From NCBI RefSeq assembly GCF_964213995.1, contig NW_027590141.1, forward strand, positions 372,001 through 436,000: a stretch of DNA of 64,000 bases. The letters run 5' to 3'. The notes beneath the pieces are model-generated. The model was not told where the DNA came from. It made no database searches and was given only the letters and a program-made list of their open reading frames with translations. The stretch comes from Mustelus asterias. Taxonomy: Eukaryota. Below are positions 60,444-64,000 of the stretch, in pieces; positions within the stretch are counted from its first letter, which is position 1, and every line of letters starts with the position of its first letter. Position numbers and translations under genes: made by a program.

Positions 60444-61424
60444 GGTGCCAGTGGCCTTGTGTCGTTCCAGGTTGGATGATCAGTTAAAGTCTTGTCCACA
60501 CACAAAACACTTGTAAAGTTTCTTTCTGTTTAAACTTAAACAGCATTTCACTTTCAGTCAGGAACAGATCCCAGTTTTACACCAATCTCTGATTTCACAG
60601 CACATTTACAGCATCCACCATTGTTCTTCCTGACTCTAAACCCAGTTGTAAAGGAGTTTCTGTTCCGTGTCGAGGAGCCCTGAACAATGGAAGAGACCCC
60701 CCCTGTCCCCCTGCCAGAGAGCGATCAGGCCCCCCCTCTCCCCCACCAGAGATACATGTTACCCGCCTCCCTCCCCACCCCCCAGAGAATGATCTGGCCT
60801 CACTCCCCCCCCCTCCCCCCCCCCCCGCCACCAGAGGACGATGCCCACCCCCCACACCCCCCAGAGATACATCTTACCCACCTCCCTCCTCCCCTCCAAG
60901 AGAATGATCTGCCCCCCACCCACCTCCCCTCCCCCCCCCCCCCCCCCCCGGGCCAGGGAATGATTTGGCCTAATCCTCCCTCACCCCCCAAGAGAATGAT
61001 CTGGCTTTACTCCCCCCTCCCCCGAGGTACATCTGACCCGCCTCCTCCTCCCTGCCCCCACCCCCCCCCCCGCTCCGGTCGATCTGGGTTAGTGAGCCGT
61101 TGGAAGCTCTGAACGCGCCTCTTCAGCAGCTGGAGTGCTCGAATCAGACTTTTATTCAGCAGGTCCATTTCGGTGCGATTCCGGATCGGCTAACGTGGTG
61201 GTAAAGGGAGAAATGCTGGTAAAGTTGGGCAGGCAATTCATTAATTCAATTTAAATGCATGCAAATGCATTTAAATCACCGTTGCGCCCGTTTCGGGCGT
61301 GAATCAGATCATGGCCATTCCCGGGTCTCAGTAAAGTGGCCATCTGCGCGGGCGCGGAGCGTGTTAATGGTCTCACACCTAACTTTACTATGTTTTCGTG
61401 CCTGCAATGGTAAAATCGGGCCCT

Positions 61425-62506
61425 ATAGCTCAGCCTTCAACACCATATTCAATGAAACTCATCTCCAAACTCCATGGCCTGGGTCTCGGCTCCTCCCTCT
61501 GTGACTGGATCCTGAACTTCCTAACTCACAGACCACAATCACTAAAGATAGGCAACAACACCTCCTCCACAATCACCCTCAACACCTCCTCCACAATCAC
61601 CCTCAACACCTCCTCCACGATCATCCTCAACACCGGTGCCCCACAAGGCTGTGTCCTCAGCCCCCTTCTATACTCCTTATACACCTATGACTGTGTGGCC
61701 AAATTCCCCTCCAACTCGATTTTCAAGTTTGCTGATGACACCACTGTGGTGGGTCGCATCTCAAACAATGACGAGACAGAGAATCTGGTGAGCTGGTGCA
61801 GCAACAACAATCTCTCCCTCAATGTCAACAAAATAATCATCGACTTCAGGAAGCGTAGAGGAGAACATGCCCCTGTCTACATCAATGGGGACAAAGTAGA
61901 AATGGTCAGAAGCTTCAAGTTGTTAGGTGTCCAGATCACCAACAACCTATCTTGGTACCCCCATGCCAACACTATAGTCAAGAAAGCCCACCAACGCCTC
62001 TACTTTCCTAAAGACTGAGGAAATTTGGCATATCATGTACCACTCTCACCAACTTTGACAGATGCACCATAGAAAGCATTCTTTCTGGTTGTATCACAGC
62101 TTGGTATGGCTTCTGCTCTGCCCAAGACAGCAAGAAACTACAAAAGGTCGAGAAGCCCAGCCCATCACGCAAATCAGCCCACTGCCTCAGCAAAGCAGCC
62201 AGCATAATTAAGGGCCCCACGCACCCCGGACATTTTCTCTTCCACCTTCTTCCAACGGGATAAAGATACAAAAGTCTGAGGTCAGTAACCGACCCAAGAA
62301 TAGCTTCTTGCCTGCTGCCGTCAGACTTTTGAATGGACTAACCTCTCACTAAGTTCATCTTTCTCTACACCCTAGCTTTGACTGTAACACTACATTTTGC
62401 ACTGTCTCCTTTCCTTCTCTGTGAATGGTATGCTTTGTCTGGACAGCATGCAAGAAAAAATACTTTTCACTTTATACTAATACGTGACAATAAATCAAAT
62501 CAAATC
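61425..62506 (+). mobile_element. Rex1/Babar-like LINE 3' part
   Basis: [43 protein letters not shown]; (aaatc)n tail; 24-bp triplication NTSSTITL. Confidence 0.8.
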
Positions 62507-62937
62507 TGTTTTGGATTCTCCTGCAAATGGAAACATTTGTGCCACATCTACAAGGTCCCACATGGTACACTGGGCAACAAATAAAGATCCAAGAGCAAGC
62601 TACGTTTTGGATACAAAATTGTCTCAGTTGCACAAGGCAATGAGTGACAGTTGATGTGTGTTTTTTTGTGACTGGAAGATGCTGATGCAGTGGTCATGTA
62701 ATTGGACGAGTAATCCAGAGGCCCAAGCTAATGGACTGGGGACATGCATTCAAATCCCAACGTGGCAGCTGGTGGAAATTGAATTAATAAATCTGGAATT
62801 GAAAACGAATCCCTGGGTGAACATGAAATCATTGGCAATTGTTGTAAAAACCCATCCTGTTCACCAGTGCCCTTAACTGATCTGGTCTCCATGTGAATCC
62901 AGACCCACAGCATTGTGGTTGCCTTCCAGAACTTCCA

Positions 62938-63176
62938 GGGTTTCCTCCGGGTGCTCCAGTTTCCTCCCACAGTCCAAAGATGCGCAGGTTAGGTTGATTG
63001 GCCATGCTAAAATTGTTCCTTAGTGTCCTAAGATGCGTAGGTTAGAAGGATTAGCGAGTAAATATATAGGGATATGGGGTTAGGGCCTGGGTGGGATTGT
63101 GGTCAGCGCAGACCCGATGGGCCAAATGGCCTCTTTCTGCACTGTAGGGTTTCTCTGATTCTTCTATGATTCTATG
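62938..63176 (+). mobile_element. 5'-truncated V-SINE
   Basis: V-domain and tail. Confidence 0.75.
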
Positions 63177-63299
63177 AACTGCGCTCTGAAAAAGCACAGC
63201 AAGCCACTCAGCTTGAGAGCAACTAGGATTGAGCAACAATGCTGGTCTTGCCAGTGACACCCACATCCAGTAAAGAATCAAAAGGCTGTGTCCAGAGGG

Positions 63300-63810
63300 G
63301 GTTTCATAGGGCTCAATACTGGGTCCTTCATTCTTGGTTTATATCATTGATTTGAAATTAAATGTAGGGACATGACTAAGAAGTTTGCCGATGATCCTAA
63401 AAATGGTTGTGCACTTGATAGTGAGGCAGAAAGCTGGAGGGAAAACAAGAAAAATGATTACTGATAAATGGCAGAACTATGAGAATTGTAGAAGAACAGA
63501 GGGATGTTGGAGTGCAGAAGGTCACGGGTATAGCTTGAGAGGCAGTAGATTTAAATCTGAGATGAGGAGGAACTACTTCTCGAAGATGGTGGTTAATTTG
63601 TGAAACTCGCTGCCCTATAGTACAATGCACTCTGAATTGTTCAATGGTTTCAATGAGATAGATATATTTCTAATTTTAAAAAATGGATAAGGGAATATGG
63701 GGAACATGTGGGGAGGTGGATTTGAGACCAGGGAGAGATCAGCCATGATTTGATTGAATGGCAGAGCAGGCTCAAACGGCTGAATTTGCCTACTGCTGCT
63801 CATATGTTCC
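63300..63810 (+). mobile_element. Degenerate CR1 fragments
   Basis: KFADD remnant, GYSLRGSRFKSEMRRNYFS..VVNL and 3' tail. Confidence 0.7.
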
Positions 63811-64000
63811 CACAGCCACAGATCCATGAATGTAGCCAAAGAACAATGCAGCACAGGAAAGGGCCCTTTGGCACACCAAGTCTGCGTCGATACGCGGTTT
63901 CTATCACTCTGTTCGCCTCCAGGTCATGCATCTGTCAAGGAGATAATTTCATTCATGACTTGTGAAAAACATCAACCTGAGTCACCCTGGCTGATCAGAC

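Noticed and set aside
60687-61112. Proline-rich ORF
   Set aside because: Poly-C low-complexity interior of an interspersed repeat.

Overview
Vertebrate genomic DNA, almost certainly from a cartilaginous fish, judged by its V-SINE/HE1-like and DeuSINE-like SINEs, CR1 LINEs and Neptune-type Penelope elements. The window is a cluster of about 10 KRAB-less C2H2 zinc-finger (ZNF) genes and pseudogenes in both orientations. Each follows one cassette: a CpG-island promoter (NRF1/YY1/CCAAT-like motifs), a short first exon, an intron with a conserved 3' part, and a large last exon. In most copies that exon opens with about three dead zinc fingers carrying shared in-frame stops, followed by a stereotyped '[23 protein letters not shown]' first finger, a variable finger array and a conserved 3' trailer. 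Between the genes are CR1, RTE and Rex1-like LINE fragments, many SINEs, minisatellites and one assembly gap. There is also a 5'-truncated Penelope-like element (RT + GIY-YIG) with an inverted partial copy, whose junctions suggest it replaced a whole ZNF gene, and several pseudo-LTRs carrying minimal hammerhead ribozymes. Two orphan DHRS1 exons lie next to the gap. All calls are by-eye readings of the sequence; no searches were run and repeat boundaries are approximate.
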